A stretch of 64,000 nucleotides of DNA from Octopus sinensis (GCF_006345805.1 NC_043008.1:12090001-12154000), one strand, 5' to 3'. Shown: positions 12,841-25,911, numbered from the stretch's first letter. The notes: generated by a model not told the origin, from the sequence alone. Translations and numbers: made by a program.

Positions 12841-13494
12841 ATTAAACAGTAGTTATCTGAAAAGGTTACAGGCGTATAAGCTCAATGTTATCTAACTTTT
12901 GTTATCTTGTGAAGTGCCAAAATGCTTCTTTTTCCCTTTTTTTTTCTTTCCCCCCCCGCTTTTCTTTAGCTCTTTTTTTTTGTCAACTAGCCATATATGT
13001 CAGTGTTATTATTAAAAGCAAATTCAGTGGAAAGGTGGTGGTGGAATGTTAAAAAAAAAGAAAAAAAAACACACCATAGAGGAATGCATTAGATGAAACC
13101 CCCCCTCCGCTAAAAAACGAAGAACAACAAAGGACAAACACACACACATACACATACACTAAAAAAGAAAAAAAAAGGAGAGAAAAAAAACGGTAAAAAA
13201 ATACAACAGCACCAGCAGAGTGTCTCCAAGCAGTCTTTCAACCTGGATTACAATAAAGAAGAGTAAGAAATATTGGAATGGTCAGCATATTGTTCTTGAT
13301 CAGGTTACAGGTCTTCCTTAATACCAATGTAATCCAGTCTAAACACAGGCTTACTTAACGAACACAGGCTGCCCTAAGCCTCTTGCTTGTTCAATATGAT
13401 GAGAAGTTTCAACTAGAAACATTGCCAGCTGTTGTCTTCCTGATGCAGAAACAGCAGGTTTGCTGGTGTCTCTCTCTCGTTCCAATATCACAAA

Positions 13495-13682
13495 CACAAA
13501 TAATCTCTCTCTCTCTATCTCTCTCTTTTTCTCTCTCTTTTTCTCTTTTTTCTTTCTCGTTTATCTTACCTTTCTCCTTTTGTTTTGTTTTTTTCTTTTC
13601 CTTTCTAACCTTTGTTTCTCTTCTTACAGTTTTCTCTCATCTTATCTCCCCCACTTCTCTTTCTCCTGTTGCTCTCCCTCTT

Positions 13683-13717
<35 letters not shown>

Positions 13718-13726
13718 GTCTGCTCG

Positions 13727-13785
<59 letters not shown>

Positions 13786-13872
13786 GTATGTGTGTGTGTG
13801 TGTATGTGTATATATATATATATGTGTATATATATGTATGTATGTATATATATATGTATATATATGTGTGTG

Positions 13873-13905
<33 letters not shown>

Positions 13906-13934
13906 GTGTATATATATATCTATATATCTATATA

Positions 13935-14019
<85 letters not shown>

Positions 14020-14160
14020 GTATGAATGTATATAAATGTATGTTTATATAAATATGTATGTATATATATGTATATATATATGTGTGAGTATATTATATAT
14101 ATATATATATACGTATTCATATATATTCGTATATATATGTGTATTTATTTATATATATAT

Positions 14161-14207
<47 letters not shown>

Positions 14208-14214
14208 TATATAT

Positions 14215-14254
<40 letters not shown>

Positions 14255-14260
14255 TTATAT
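13495..14260. repeat. Compound (CT)/(CTGT)/(TA)/(TG)/(GA) microsatellite
   Basis: Directly visible. Confidence 0.95.
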
Positions 14261-15320
14261 ATATATATCCAGCTGCTTACTTATTCCCTTACAAACCCAT
14301 AAGACACAAATCCCAAAGGCCCCCTTCGTTCTCTGACCTTACAGAAAAATCTAGCTTACTCCATGGTCTCCAAACCAATTCCTAATATAAACACACTTTG
14401 ATTTACACTTCTTCTATTAATTTATTTTCCCCTTCTTACTATTTATCATTGTAAAGCAGCTAATCTAGATCCTTAAGATTTTGGCACTGACTTGGGTAAC
14501 AACAGGCTCTTGTAAAGTCATTAGTAAAATATACCGAGGCCCCAAACTGCAAGCATTCTTCTTTGTGAGAGCAGTCGAATTTATTTCAGATATTTTCATT
14601 CCAAAAATCATCTGTGTATGTGTGTGTGTGTGTCTTTGTGTCTGTGTTTGTCCCCCAACACCCCCAATTACTATTTGACATGGGCCTCATCAAATGAAAT
14701 GAATATATTGTTTCAGTTATACATAATGTATAGCTGAATGGCATGTCAGCTTTAGGGAATTTTTGAATCATGAGATTTGGTATTTATGAAACACCCTCTA
14801 GAGGTTGAGCTAATTTTAATTAATTAGGTATTTATGTTGTGTGGTATTTGATATGCTTGTATATGTCTGTGTGATTAAGGACTTTGTTTCAGAGTCACTC
14901 TAAGTGGCACCTCAGTTCAGTGTGTGTGTGTATGTGTGTATGTGGTATATCAGTGATTATTGGTTGTAAATTGGTTTCAAAATCTGGCACAAAGCCACCA
15001 ATCTCAGGGGAGGGGCTCAGTCGAATACATCAACTCCTGTGTTTCTCCTGAAATTTCAGGCCTTGCGCCAATAGTAGAAAGGACTATTATTATTATTATT
15101 ATATTATTATTATTATTATTCTATGTTTGACTTTTGCTTTGCATTTGTACTAGTTGGCTCCAAGTCTCACCCAGAGACCTCAAGAGACAACAGGTTGGAA
15201 GTTCATGTTGTTGTTGTGCCTAGTGTGCCATATATTTGGTTTTTATTATTATTATCATCATTATTATTATTATTATTATTATATTATTATTATTATATTA
15301 TTATTATTATTATTAATGGC

Positions 15321-15677
15321 ATTAACTAAGGCGGAGGTATTGTTTTTTGTCACTTTTGTCTGTTTGTCCATGGACAAGATATCTCAAGAACCGTTGGATT
15401 GATTTGGATGAAACTTTCAGGGATGTTTGTCCTCATGACTGGTACAAACCGATTAGATTTTGGGATTGATCCGGTACTGGACAAAGATTCTGGATTATTT
15501 TTTTGTTTTTTTTTTACTTAATTTTTGAGAGCGGTCAGGTTCATTTTTAGTATTCTCGTTTGTGAGAGCAGTCAAGTTTATTTCAGATTTTCTCATTTTA
15601 AAAATAATCTCTGGCTAATCATTGAAAGGATGTTGGCGTTGCCTTGGCAGAGGTTTGCACTTTCTAAGTGCTCTTGC

Positions 15678-15678
<1 letters not shown>
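15321..15678 (+). mobile_element. DINE-1/HINE-like non-autonomous element (Helentron-type, tentative)
   Basis: aaggcggagg start, gtctgtttgtcc microsatellite, atatctcaagaaccg..gatgaaacttt core, and ccttggcagaggtttgcactttctaagtgc end. Partial re-copies at 15765-15880 and 14552-14615. Confidence 0.5.
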
Positions 15679-15711
<33 letters not shown>

Positions 15712-15904
15712 GTAAATACAAATGTGAGGAATTTCTTTGTAGGTTTCCGATGGGTTAATCATTGGATTATTTTTCCGGTTTTTTTTACTTAATTTTTGAG
15801 AGCAGTTGAGTTCATGTCTAGCATTCTTGTTTGTGAGAGCAGTCGAATTTATTTCAGATATTTTCATTCCAAAAATCATCTGTGTATGTGTGTGTGTGTG
15901 TCTT

Positions 15905-16125
15905 TGTGTCTGTGTTTGTCCCCCAACACCCCCAATTACTATTTGACAGCCGATGTTGGTTTGTTTACATTCCTGTAATTTATCGGTTCCGCAGAAGTGA
16001 CCCATAGAACAATTAGCAGGCTTGAAAAAACAAAACATCAGTACTGGGATCAATACATTCAACTAAAAATTCTTCAAGACCATGCTGCAGCATGGCCACA
16101 GTCTAATAACTGAAACAAGCAAAAG
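15905..16125 (+). mobile_element. CORE-type SINE 3' half, diverged
   Basis: gtttgtccccc...cagcatggccacagtctaataactgaaacaagc. Other partial copies at 26635-26960(-), 32085-32245(-), 32998-33125(+), 49430-49595(-), 52670-52925(+), 53597-53705(+) and 55937-56000(-). Confidence 0.8.
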
Positions 16126-17131
16126 ACACACACACACACATACATACAGACACCCCATCATCACCAATAAACCCCCATCAGATAATTTGATGTTGACAGT
16201 CTTTGTTTACCTGCTGATATTCAACCTTCATTTATTTATTTATTTATTTATATATTTATTTATTTATTTATTTAAAGTTGATAATTCTTTTTATTTTTTT
16301 TATATTTTTGCATTTTGTTACTTTATTTTGGTTTGCATCTGTGATTTACAGTTAATCCTCTTAGCTGTTATGATAACCTTGGATCGGATTATTTGAAGGA
16401 AATGTAAGAATGTTCAATATAATTTCCATATTTCCTGTTCTTTTACGTGTGTTTTTCGTTTGTGTTTGTTTTTTTTTCGCCTTTTGTTTTTGGCAGAGGA
16501 AGGTTATTTATTATTTTCTTTTTTTATTCATGTTTAACATTTCCCTTTAAGCCACCACGTACGCATGTGCACACATACATACATGCACATACATGCACAC
16601 ATGTATATGCACAAACACACACACACACAGACATACACACATACACAACATCATGCAACATACACACACCACATCCACACACCCACCCACACACACATAA
16701 AATCCCCCCCACTCCCCCACCGTCTACTCGTACTCATGTACCACCAGCTTTTATTCTTTCGTTCTTCTGAAGATTTATCTTCCACATTTGAGTTTGCATT
16801 TCTAAAGAATTCTGCTAGAATTGGAATTTTCTGTCTGTCTACCCCTTGCCAGCTTCTCTCACCTCAACAGGGAATGTCGTCATCTCATAACTCCGTGTCT
16901 TTGATTTCCACATCTCTACTATTTTTTTCCCCTGTTCCTTTCAACTTTTTTTTTATTTTTACCATTCTGGTGTTACTATGGTTCCCTAAGAATAAGAACA
17001 TTATTACCACTTCTAACCTTATTCGTGTATTTATATCTATAAGATTCTTAAAATCTAATGGAATCAATATATATACATATATACACACATATATACATAC
17101 ATATATATATATGTATATATGTATATATGTA

Positions 17132-17182
<51 letters not shown>

Positions 17183-17195
17183 GTGTGTATATATC

Positions 17196-17234
<39 letters not shown>

Positions 17235-17461
17235 GATATACTATATGTCTTTGTATATATATTTCTCTCTTTTTTTTTGTGAGTAACACCTTGGTGCTTG
17301 AAGCTGTTGAATTTGTTCCTCTTTATAAGATTTATATTTCCTAAATCATTCAACACGAGCTAGAGTCGTTCTACTTGGAAGTTTTTTCTGCTATCTTCAC
17401 CTGCATACACACAAGCATGAATACGACAGGCTTCTGTACAGTTTCCATCTACAAAATTCAT

Positions 17462-17830
17462 TTATCATTTTTCATTTCATTTTTCATTTCATCTAGTTTC
17501 AGCTCACGAGCTGTGGCCATGCTGGGGCATCGCCATTCGGTGTTGCTACACGATTTTACTTCACGAATGCTTTTTAGCAATTGACATTTGGTGCATGAGA
17601 GAGTTTGATGCAGCTGCCCTCATCTGCACCTCCTGCTGTGAAGTTGGTTCATCTGGGACACCTGACAGGAAGATGTCCAGCTTTATTTTGAAGGCACCTA
17701 TATCCACCCCATGCAGGTCTCTCAGGTCTTTTGGGAGCATATTGAAGAGCTGTGGACATCTGAAGCCTAGGCTATTGCAGTATCTTGTCCTATTGCGAAT
17801 CATTGGTGAACTTGAAGTGGTGGGGCTGTA
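17462..17830 (-). mobile_element. CR1/L2-group LINE 3' end (ORF2 C-terminus, 3' UTR, (ATGAAA)n tail)
   Basis: SLGFRCPQLFNMLPKDLRDL..VDIGAFKIKLDIFLSGVPDEP...RAAASNSL matches the FNxLP/FKxxLDxFL end of CR1-group ORF2. The 3' UTR aligns with the CORE-SINE tail. Confidence 0.8.
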
Positions 17831-18034
17831 GTAGCTGCTGTGCAGTGGGACAGAACCATAACCCACAAGGTTGCAAAGAAGGCTTCTTAACCACTCAGCC
17901 ATGCCTGCACCTAAATAGGTATTCAAGATGACCCGTCCTCCACGGTATAATGCTAATTTTGCTCCCCCTGCTTCCAGACCAATTCCCCAAGTGGATTAGT
18001 CTGCTAGAGCCCTGTGCTGGGACCACGTAAAAAA

Positions 18035-18970
18035 CCCCTGTTCCGGTGCCACATAAAAAACACCTGTTCTGGTGCCACATAAAAAGCCCCTGTTCCGGTG
18101 TCACATAAAAAGCCCCTGTTCCGGTGCCACATAAAAAGCCCCTGTTCCGGTGCCACATAAAAAACACCTGTTCTGGTGCCACATAAAAAGCACCTGTTCT
18201 GGTGCCACATAAAAAGCCCCTGTTCCGGTGTCACATAAAAAGCCCCTGTTCCGGTGCCACATAAAAAGCACCTGTTCCGGTGCCACATAAAAAGCACCTG
18301 TTCCGGTGTCACATAAAAAGCACCTGTTCCGGTGCCACATAAAAAGCACCTGTTCTGGTGCCACATAAAAAACCCCTGTTCCGGTGCCACATAAAAAACA
18401 CCTGTTCTGGTGCCACATAAAAAGCACCTGTTCTGGTGCCACATAAAAAGCCCCTGTTCCGGTGTCACATAAAAAGCACCTGTTCTGGTGCCACATAAAA
18501 AGCACCTGTTCTGGTGCCACATAAAAAGCCCCTGTTCCGGTGCCACATAAAAAACACCTGTTCTGGTGCCACATAAAAAACACCTGTTCTGGTGCCACAT
18601 AAAAAACACCTGTTCCGGTGCCACATAAAAAGCACCTGTTCTGGTGCCACATAAAAAACCCCTGTTCTGGTGCCACATAAAAAGCCCCTGTTCTGGTGTC
18701 ACATAAAAAGCACCTGTTCTGGTGCCACATAAAAAACACCTGTTCTGGTGCCACATAAAAAACACCTGTTCTGGTGCCACATAAAAAACACCTGTTCTGG
18801 TGCCACATAAAAAGCCCCTGTTCCGGTGCCACATAAAAAACACCTGTTCTGGTGCCACATAAAAAACACCTGTTCTGGTGCCACATAAAAAGCACCTGTT
18901 CTGGTGCCACATAAAAAGCACCTGTTCTGGTGCCACATAAAAAGCACCTGTTCCGGTGCCACATAAAAAG
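18035..18970 (+). repeat. 26-bp minisatellite, exactly 36 units (C[A/C]CCTGTTC[C/T]GGTG[C/T]CACATAAAAA[A/G])
   Basis: 936 bp = 36 x 26 with no indels and four biallelic positions. One diverged unit precedes it (18009-18034), and it runs into the SINE core at about 19050-19150. Confidence 0.98.
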
Positions 18971-19195
18971 TACCTGTGCAAACACCACATGATGGCACCC
19001 ATCCTGGCACCACATGAAAACGCCCATACCAGTGCCATGCACTAGAGCACCAGCACATTCTGTAAGGAGGTTGGCGCTAATGAGGGCATCCAGCTGCAGA
19101 AACAATGCCAAATCAAGCCTGAAACCTGGTGAAGCTCTCCTGCTTGCTAGCTCTGGTGGTGGTAGTGATGATAATGATGATGGAGATGATGATGG

Positions 19196-19243
<48 letters not shown>

Positions 19244-20251
19244 TGGTGGTGGTGGCAGTGGTGATGATGACGATGATGATGATGGTGGTGGTGGTGGTGA
19301 TGATGAAGATGATGATGATGGTGGTGGTGGTGGTGGTGGTGGCAGTGGTGGTGGTAGTGATGGGTAGTGATGGTAGATGAGCGGTATTTCGTCTGCCGCT
19401 ACGTTCTGAGTTCAAATTCCGCCGAGGTCGACTTTGCCTTTCATCCTTTGGGGTCGATTAATAAGTACCAGTTACGCACTGGGGTCGATGTAATCGACTT
19501 AACTCGTTTGTTGTCCTTGTTTGTCTCTCTGTGTTAGCCCCTTGTGGGTAGTAAAGAAATAGTAGTGATGGTAGTGGTGGTGGTAGTGGTGGTGGTGGTG
19601 GTGTTGGTGGTGGTGGTGGTGGTGGTGGTGATGATGATGATGATGCCGATGACGATCAGTTACTCTCAACAGTCAGGTATTTTTGACAAGAAATATATAT
19701 ATATATATCAAAAATTATATAATACACCATGCTAAAAGTTACACTAATTCTGCTTCTGCAAGTTAAGATGATGGATTATTTATTAATCATAATCATAAAA
19801 AATTGCTAGCAAAAATAATATACAAACTACATAATAATAATAATACGCTTGTCTCAGTCCACACGACTGATATCAGGAATACTGTTTTATTTCATGTTCG
19901 AGTGGTTATCATTCATTTTTGAAAGCAACTGGGAACGTTTAAGCAAAGAAAGAAGCACAGAAACGCATTTATCTTCGTATGTAATGATAACAATTTTAAA
20001 TGAAAATACCACGTGTAAAAGAGAGAATGTGATGATACAATGGTGGAATGCTTCCACCTCCTCTCCTTAAAATACGGTTTAAAGTCGGTTGGTTGCGTAC
20101 GTTTTCAGAACTTGAAGATGTAACTATGATACTAATCTTATTTCGTGTATGATTTTCACTGTTCTTGTTCTGAAGGAATTAACCATTATTTTTTGGTTTT
20201 TGGTTTTTGTTTTTTGTTTTACTTTAAGAACTATGAAGATGAATTTACATA

Positions 20252-20460
20252 TACTCTTTTACTCTTTTACTTGTTTCAGTCATTTGACTGTGGCCGTGCT
20301 GGAGCACCGCCTTTTAGTCAAGCAAATCGACCCCAGGACTTATTCTTTGTAACCCTAGTACTTATCCTATCAGTCTCTATTGCCAAACCGCTAAGTTACA
20401 GGGACGTAAACACACCAGCATTGGTTGTCAAGCAACGTTGGGGAGACAAACACAGACACA

Positions 20461-20500
<40 letters not shown>

Positions 20501-20678
20501 CATATATATATATAAAATGGGCTTCTTTCAGTTTCTGTCTACCAAATCCACTCACAAGGCTTTGGTCAGCCCGAAGCTATAGTAGAAGACACTTGCCCAA
20601 GCTGCCATGCAGTGGGACTGAACCCGGAACTGTGTGGTTGGTAAGCAAGCTACTTACCACACAGCCACTCCTGCACCT
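20252..20678 (-). mobile_element. Full-length CORE-type SINE
   Basis: Head, core, internal microsatellite and tail all present. Equivalent copies at 23873-24194 (3'-truncated), 47884-48292, 54314-54723 and 62086-62571. Confidence 0.92.
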
Positions 20679-21120
20679 ATATGTGTATTATTTAATAACA
20701 GCTTCTTTCAGTTCTATGCAACTTAAAGTTTTGCCGGCTCATAAAACGAATCTAGTTAATATGGCTTCAGTTACCTAAGCATGAATGTTCTGTTGAGTGA
20801 GACTTTCTTTTGTTTGTCCAACTCAAGTGTGAGTCATTGCCAGTGCCGCCTGACAGGCTCCTGTACCAGAGGCACGTAAAAAGCATCATTTAACCATGGG
20901 TATTGCCAGTGCCACTTGACTGGTCCTCATGCCAGTGGCATGTAAAAAACAACCACTACACTCTCGGAGTGGTTAGGAAGGGCATCCAGCTGTAGAGACC
21001 TTGCCAGATCAGCTTGGAGCATGGTACAGCCTTCTGGCATGCCAGTCCTCAGTCAAACTGTCCAACTGTTCCATGCCAGCATGGAAAGCAGACATGAACG
21101 ATGATGGCGATGATGATATG

Positions 21121-21186
<66 letters not shown>

Positions 21187-21672
21187 ATTTGTATATATAT
21201 ATGTTTATGTGTTCCTGTTTGTCAGACAGTTTTGATGAGTAACACTTCTGTGAACATTTTGCTGTTTTTATTATAAAGCATATTACTCTACCATTGGCAT
21301 TTGAGTACTATTTTTACCCCATTGTTTTACATTAATGTGCCTATCTGTGTGTGTGTGTGTGTGTGTGCGCGCACTCACGAAAGTGCATGGCACAGCAGTT
21401 AGAGTGTTAGGCTCACAATCACGAGGTAGCGAGTTCGATACCCAGACCAGGCTCTGTTGTTGTGCAACTGCACTAGTGTTTTTGGGATGAACAAAAATAA
21501 GAAATCAGTACAATCTGTAAAATAGTTGGTGATAGGAAGAGCATCCAGTTGTAGAGATCGTATCAATGCTTTCATTGGAGCCTGACACAGCTCATCAGAT
21601 CCTGTCGGCATAGAAAACAAATGTTAAACAATAATGATGGTGATGATGATGATGTTAATGATGACGATGACA

Positions 21673-21707
<35 letters not shown>

Positions 21708-21922
21708 ACATATTCTTATGCACGTGTGTATGTGTGAGTGTGTATATTAAATCTATGCATCATATACATGTCTTATTTTAAGTTACCAAAACACACACAC
21801 ACAGATCTAAATAAACATAGCAAGGTGCATTTACATAACCAAGTTATTTTAAAAGTGGAGCAGAAACGAGGAGAGTGTGGGATGAAAAAGAATGGGATGA
21901 GTAGACAGTAAGAAAGAGCATA

Positions 21923-21960
<38 letters not shown>

Positions 21961-22074
21961 GGTGTGTGTGTATACATATATATACATATATACACATATA
22001 TATATACATATACACATATATACATGTATATATATGTGTATGTATATATATATATATGTATATATGTGTTGTAT

Positions 22075-22290
22075 ACATTCGAAGCTTTCTTCCAAGGGAT
22101 CTAATGGGCTTGGCTTAGATTTCCCTTGGAGGTTGCCCAGATCGGAGCAATCTCAAGATTAATCAGCCGAAATTGCGAAGATTATCTGGTTCTTGACTGA
22201 TGACTGAGGGCTTCGAATGTCCTGTCCTGTGGTTCTTGTGTCGTCTCTTTGGTGTTTCATGTTCTTGTCCATGTCTGTATTTATTTTTTA
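22075..22290 (+). mobile_element. Structured unclassified repeat (11-bp inverted repeats, two hairpins, hammerhead-core strands)
   Basis: acattcgaagc at 22075 and gcttcgaatgt at 22210 are exact reverse complements. Hairpin ccaaggga..tcccttgg. A related partial copy lies at 32335-32465. Confidence 0.6.
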
Positions 22291-22320
22291 CTGTTTACAT
22301 ACATGTGTATATATGTATAA

Positions 22321-22365
<45 letters not shown>

Positions 22366-22596
22366 ATGTATATATATGTAAATACGTATGCATGTATGAA
22401 TGTATATTTTTGTGTGTGCGTGTATTTATGTATAGATATATGGACACACACACACACACACATATATACATACACACACATGCATATATAAATATCTGTA
22501 TGTATGTTTGTATGTATATATGTACATACATACACATACACATATATATATAATGTGAGTGTGCGTGTGTGGGTGTGTGTGTGAGAGAGAGAGAGA

Positions 22597-22666
<70 letters not shown>

Positions 22667-24559
22667 ACAGCTGGTAGTGTTCATGTATTGACAGATTAAA
22701 CCTCAGATAGGAACATTTCAATACAAACAGCAACAGTTCACACAGCGATTACATGAACGATAGAATCTGAGTAAAACAAAAACAAAAACCAACACACAAA
22801 AAAAAAAATTTTTAAATTGAGGGTGCCATGTTATATGGAACGGAAGAAGGGCTGAAATGTAAGCTAGCTCAGTGCATCTAGACCGATGCAACAGAGTTTA
22901 CAGAGTGCAAGGAAATGTGGTAATTAGCCGATGTTTCCTGTTATCTCTAAGTGTTTCGGTTGATTTTTGAATAAGAACCATAACGAATGATTTATGTAAG
23001 ACATATGTTGAGTATAAACATTTGTTGAAAAACTTGCAAAATGTAGAAGAAAACAAAAAAAAATAATTAAAAAAAATAAGTTTGTTATTGTTGAACATCA
23101 TGAAATTTCAGAGGAGCAATTAAAAATTGAGTAACGAACTGTCTTAGAGCAGGAATTACCTAATTTCATCTCTTGCTGTTTAGAAGATGATTTTTTTTAT
23201 TACCCACAAGGGGCCAACAAAGAAGGGACAATACAAATCGGGGAACTTAAAAATAACAAAAGTGGATGAAAATAAGACGAAGACAAATTAAAAAAATAAT
23301 GAATTATGAAAAGATATTACAATGAGGTGCCATGTCCACTTGATCCCCATAATCGAGGGGTAAAGGTGTTTGAGGGGAACCTGTTTGGGATTGCCCCTTT
23401 TCTGTTTGTATAATAGCCACTGCCTTAGCTTAACCCTTTAGAATTTAAACTGGCCATATCCCACCAAAATAATCTGTTTTATGTTCAAATTAAAACCCTG
23501 GATGATGATGATGATGATATCTTGACCTCAGTTTAGTAATTAGTTGCATAACGAAGGTGAAGAGCTGTAGAATCGTTAAACACTGAGCAAAATGCTTTGC
23601 AATATTTTATTGGTCTTTACATTCTGTGTTCAAATTCTGCCAGGATTGTCTTTGCTTTTCGTCCGTTTCGAGTCGATAAAACAAGCACCAGTTGTACACT
23701 GGGGTCAGTTTAACCCACTCAGCCCCTTACCCCAAATCTGTTGGTCTTATGCCAAACTTTAAAACCATACTAAACTAGTTAGTATGATAGAATCAGGTGC
23801 AGTCTCAGACAGACTAATAACAGGAAGGTTACTCTTACCAGAAGCATTAGTAACAATGCTGAAGTGTAGATCTTTGTAAGCCTAGTACTTATTCTGTCGG
23901 GCTCTTTTGCCGAACCGCTAAGTTACGGGGACATAAACACACCAACATCAGTTGTCAAGCGATGTTGGGGGGGACAAACACAGACACACAAACATATACA
24001 CACACATACATATATATAAATACATATATACGACGGGCTTCTTTCAGTTTCCGTCTACCAAATCCACTCACAAGGCTTTGGTCGGCCCGAAGCTATAGTA
24101 GAAGACACGTGCCCAAGGTGCCATGCAGTGGAACTGAACCTGGAACCATGTGGTTGGTAAGCAAGCTACTTACCACACAGCCACTCCTGCGCCTTGTAGA
24201 TAAGAAATATAACATAAGTGCCTCGCAGTACTTAAGAAAGACCAAATTAATTCCATATTTCAATTAAACATTTTAATGCAAACAATAATGAATATTCTAT
24301 GGCATGTACAGCTTAAGGGTATGGGTAGGGTGTGACATTCTAATTAACCGAAAAACCATTTAACAGTGTAGAAATCTTTGCTGTTGTTTGTTGAGATTTT
24401 TAAATGTTTGGTTAAGGACAGCTTTTTTTAATCCATAGTTAAGTGGTTGAATGTGTAACCCACATCACTTTTCAACACTCTCTGCACCAGAAGTGTTTAT
24501 CCACCCAATTGGTAAGCCACCCACTTGTCAACAGCCTACAACCACTAACTTGCTATTGA

Positions 24560-24880
24560 GTTCCTTCTTCTTCCTCTTCCTCCTCTGCTTCCGCCTCTAC
24601 TTTCTCTTCTTTTTCTCCTCTTCTTTTGCTCTTCTTCTTCCTCTTTTTCTTCCACCTCTCCTTCCTCTTGTTTTCCTTCCTTTTTCTTCTTCTTCTTCTT
24701 CTTCTTCTTCTTCTTCTTCTTCTTCTTCTTCTCTTCTTCTTCTTCTTCTTCTTCTTTTTCTTCTTCTTCTTCCTCTTGTTCTTGTTCTTGTTCTTGTTCT
24801 TGTTGTTCTTCTTCTTCTTCCTCCTCCTCCTCCTCCCCTCTTCTTCCCACTCCCTACCTTCCTCTCTTCTTTCTCCCCTC
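24560..24880. repeat. (CTT)n/(CCT)n pyrimidine tract
   Basis: Directly visible. The poly-K/E/R ORFs are artefacts. Confidence 0.96.
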
Positions 24881-25129
24881 CTGCTGATATTGCTGCTGCC
24901 GTTGCAGTTTTGTCTCATGAATTTCACAACATTTGTTGCTTTGTTCCGCATCAGCTTCCGATGGAGCAAACTTATGATGCAAGACTCCATACTGTGACAC
25001 TATTCTGTATTTATCCAGACATTGTTATATCTCAACATTATCCTCAGGGCTGGAAGCCTGTCCAAAGGTACTCAACCACACAGCCATACCTGCTTCTCTC
25101 TGTTAATTTCAGTTACTAGCCCCGCCAGA

Positions 25130-25508
25130 CTGAGTCTTGGGAATATGTCAAATATTTCCAATATGAGGTTTTGCAAATAACTTGCACATGCAAGTACTAC
25201 CATTTGAGAACTCCGCATACCAGAAGCCAGCAAGTGTATAGGGTCATCAGGAGAGAATGTGTGCCGTTTCAGGGCCTACCTCCTGACGGCATCAATGCGC
25301 ACTGCCCCCACTCACTGATATGAGGCCCCATTTGCTAAATCAATTGGTAATTAAATAAAGCTCAATATTCTTCTAGCCTTTGCTCACCGTCTCTTTTTAA
25401 CCAAATCCAATGGCTAGCCTTCTCCACTGTATTTTGGATATCGGTCATGGTGGTATTTACTTTATGATGAGTAAGGCCTACAGATAACAACAGTTGCCTC
25501 ACAAACAA
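25130..25508 (-). mobile_element. 3' end of a HERO-like (restriction-like endonuclease) non-LTR retrotransposon
   Basis: Manual translation of 25508-25362 gives LFVRQLLLSVGLTHHKVNTTMTDIQNTVEKASHWIWLKRDGEQRLEEY*. The ExASxWxWLKR motif resembles HERO ORF C-termini. A GC-richer putative 3' UTR follows. Confidence 0.6.
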
Positions 25509-25690
25509 TATGTATGTGTATGTATGTCATCATCATCATCATCATCATCATCATCGTTTAACGTCCGTTTTCCACGCTAGCACGGGTTATGTATATATAT
25601 ATATATATAAACATACACACACATATTCATAAAACTATAAGTAGCTCTTTTGCAACTGTGTGTGTGTATATATACATATACATATATATT

Positions 25691-25860
25691 GTGAGAATTT
25701 ACAAAAACACAAAAGACGAAGATGGGTGTGTGAACAACAAACAGATGTATTAGTTTAACACTCGGAAAGTGAAAAAGTCTTTTACATTTTGAGCGTATGC
25801 TCTTCGACAGAAAGGAAGACAGAAATAAACAGGGAGAGAAAATAGAAAAAGTTTTAGTGG

Positions 25861-25863
<3 letters not shown>
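25691..25863 (-). mobile_element. Hammerhead-like short repeat, family A, copy 1
   Basis: Sense cttt-CTGTCGA-a-gagc-atac-gctc-aaaa-tgta-aaag. Flanked by TA-rich tracts. Confidence 0.75.
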
Positions 25864-25897
<34 letters not shown>

Positions 25898-25911
25898 TGC
25901 ATGTATGCATG

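Noticed and set aside
16750-17070. About 105 stop-free codons in unique sequence on the plus strand
   Set aside because: T-rich hydrophobic low-information reading with no convincing splice pair.
18035-18970. CRISPR-like array or repetitive protein (336-344 aa ORFs)
   Set aside because: The units are contiguous with no spacers. The ORFs are stop-free readings of a 26-bp repeat cycling through frames.
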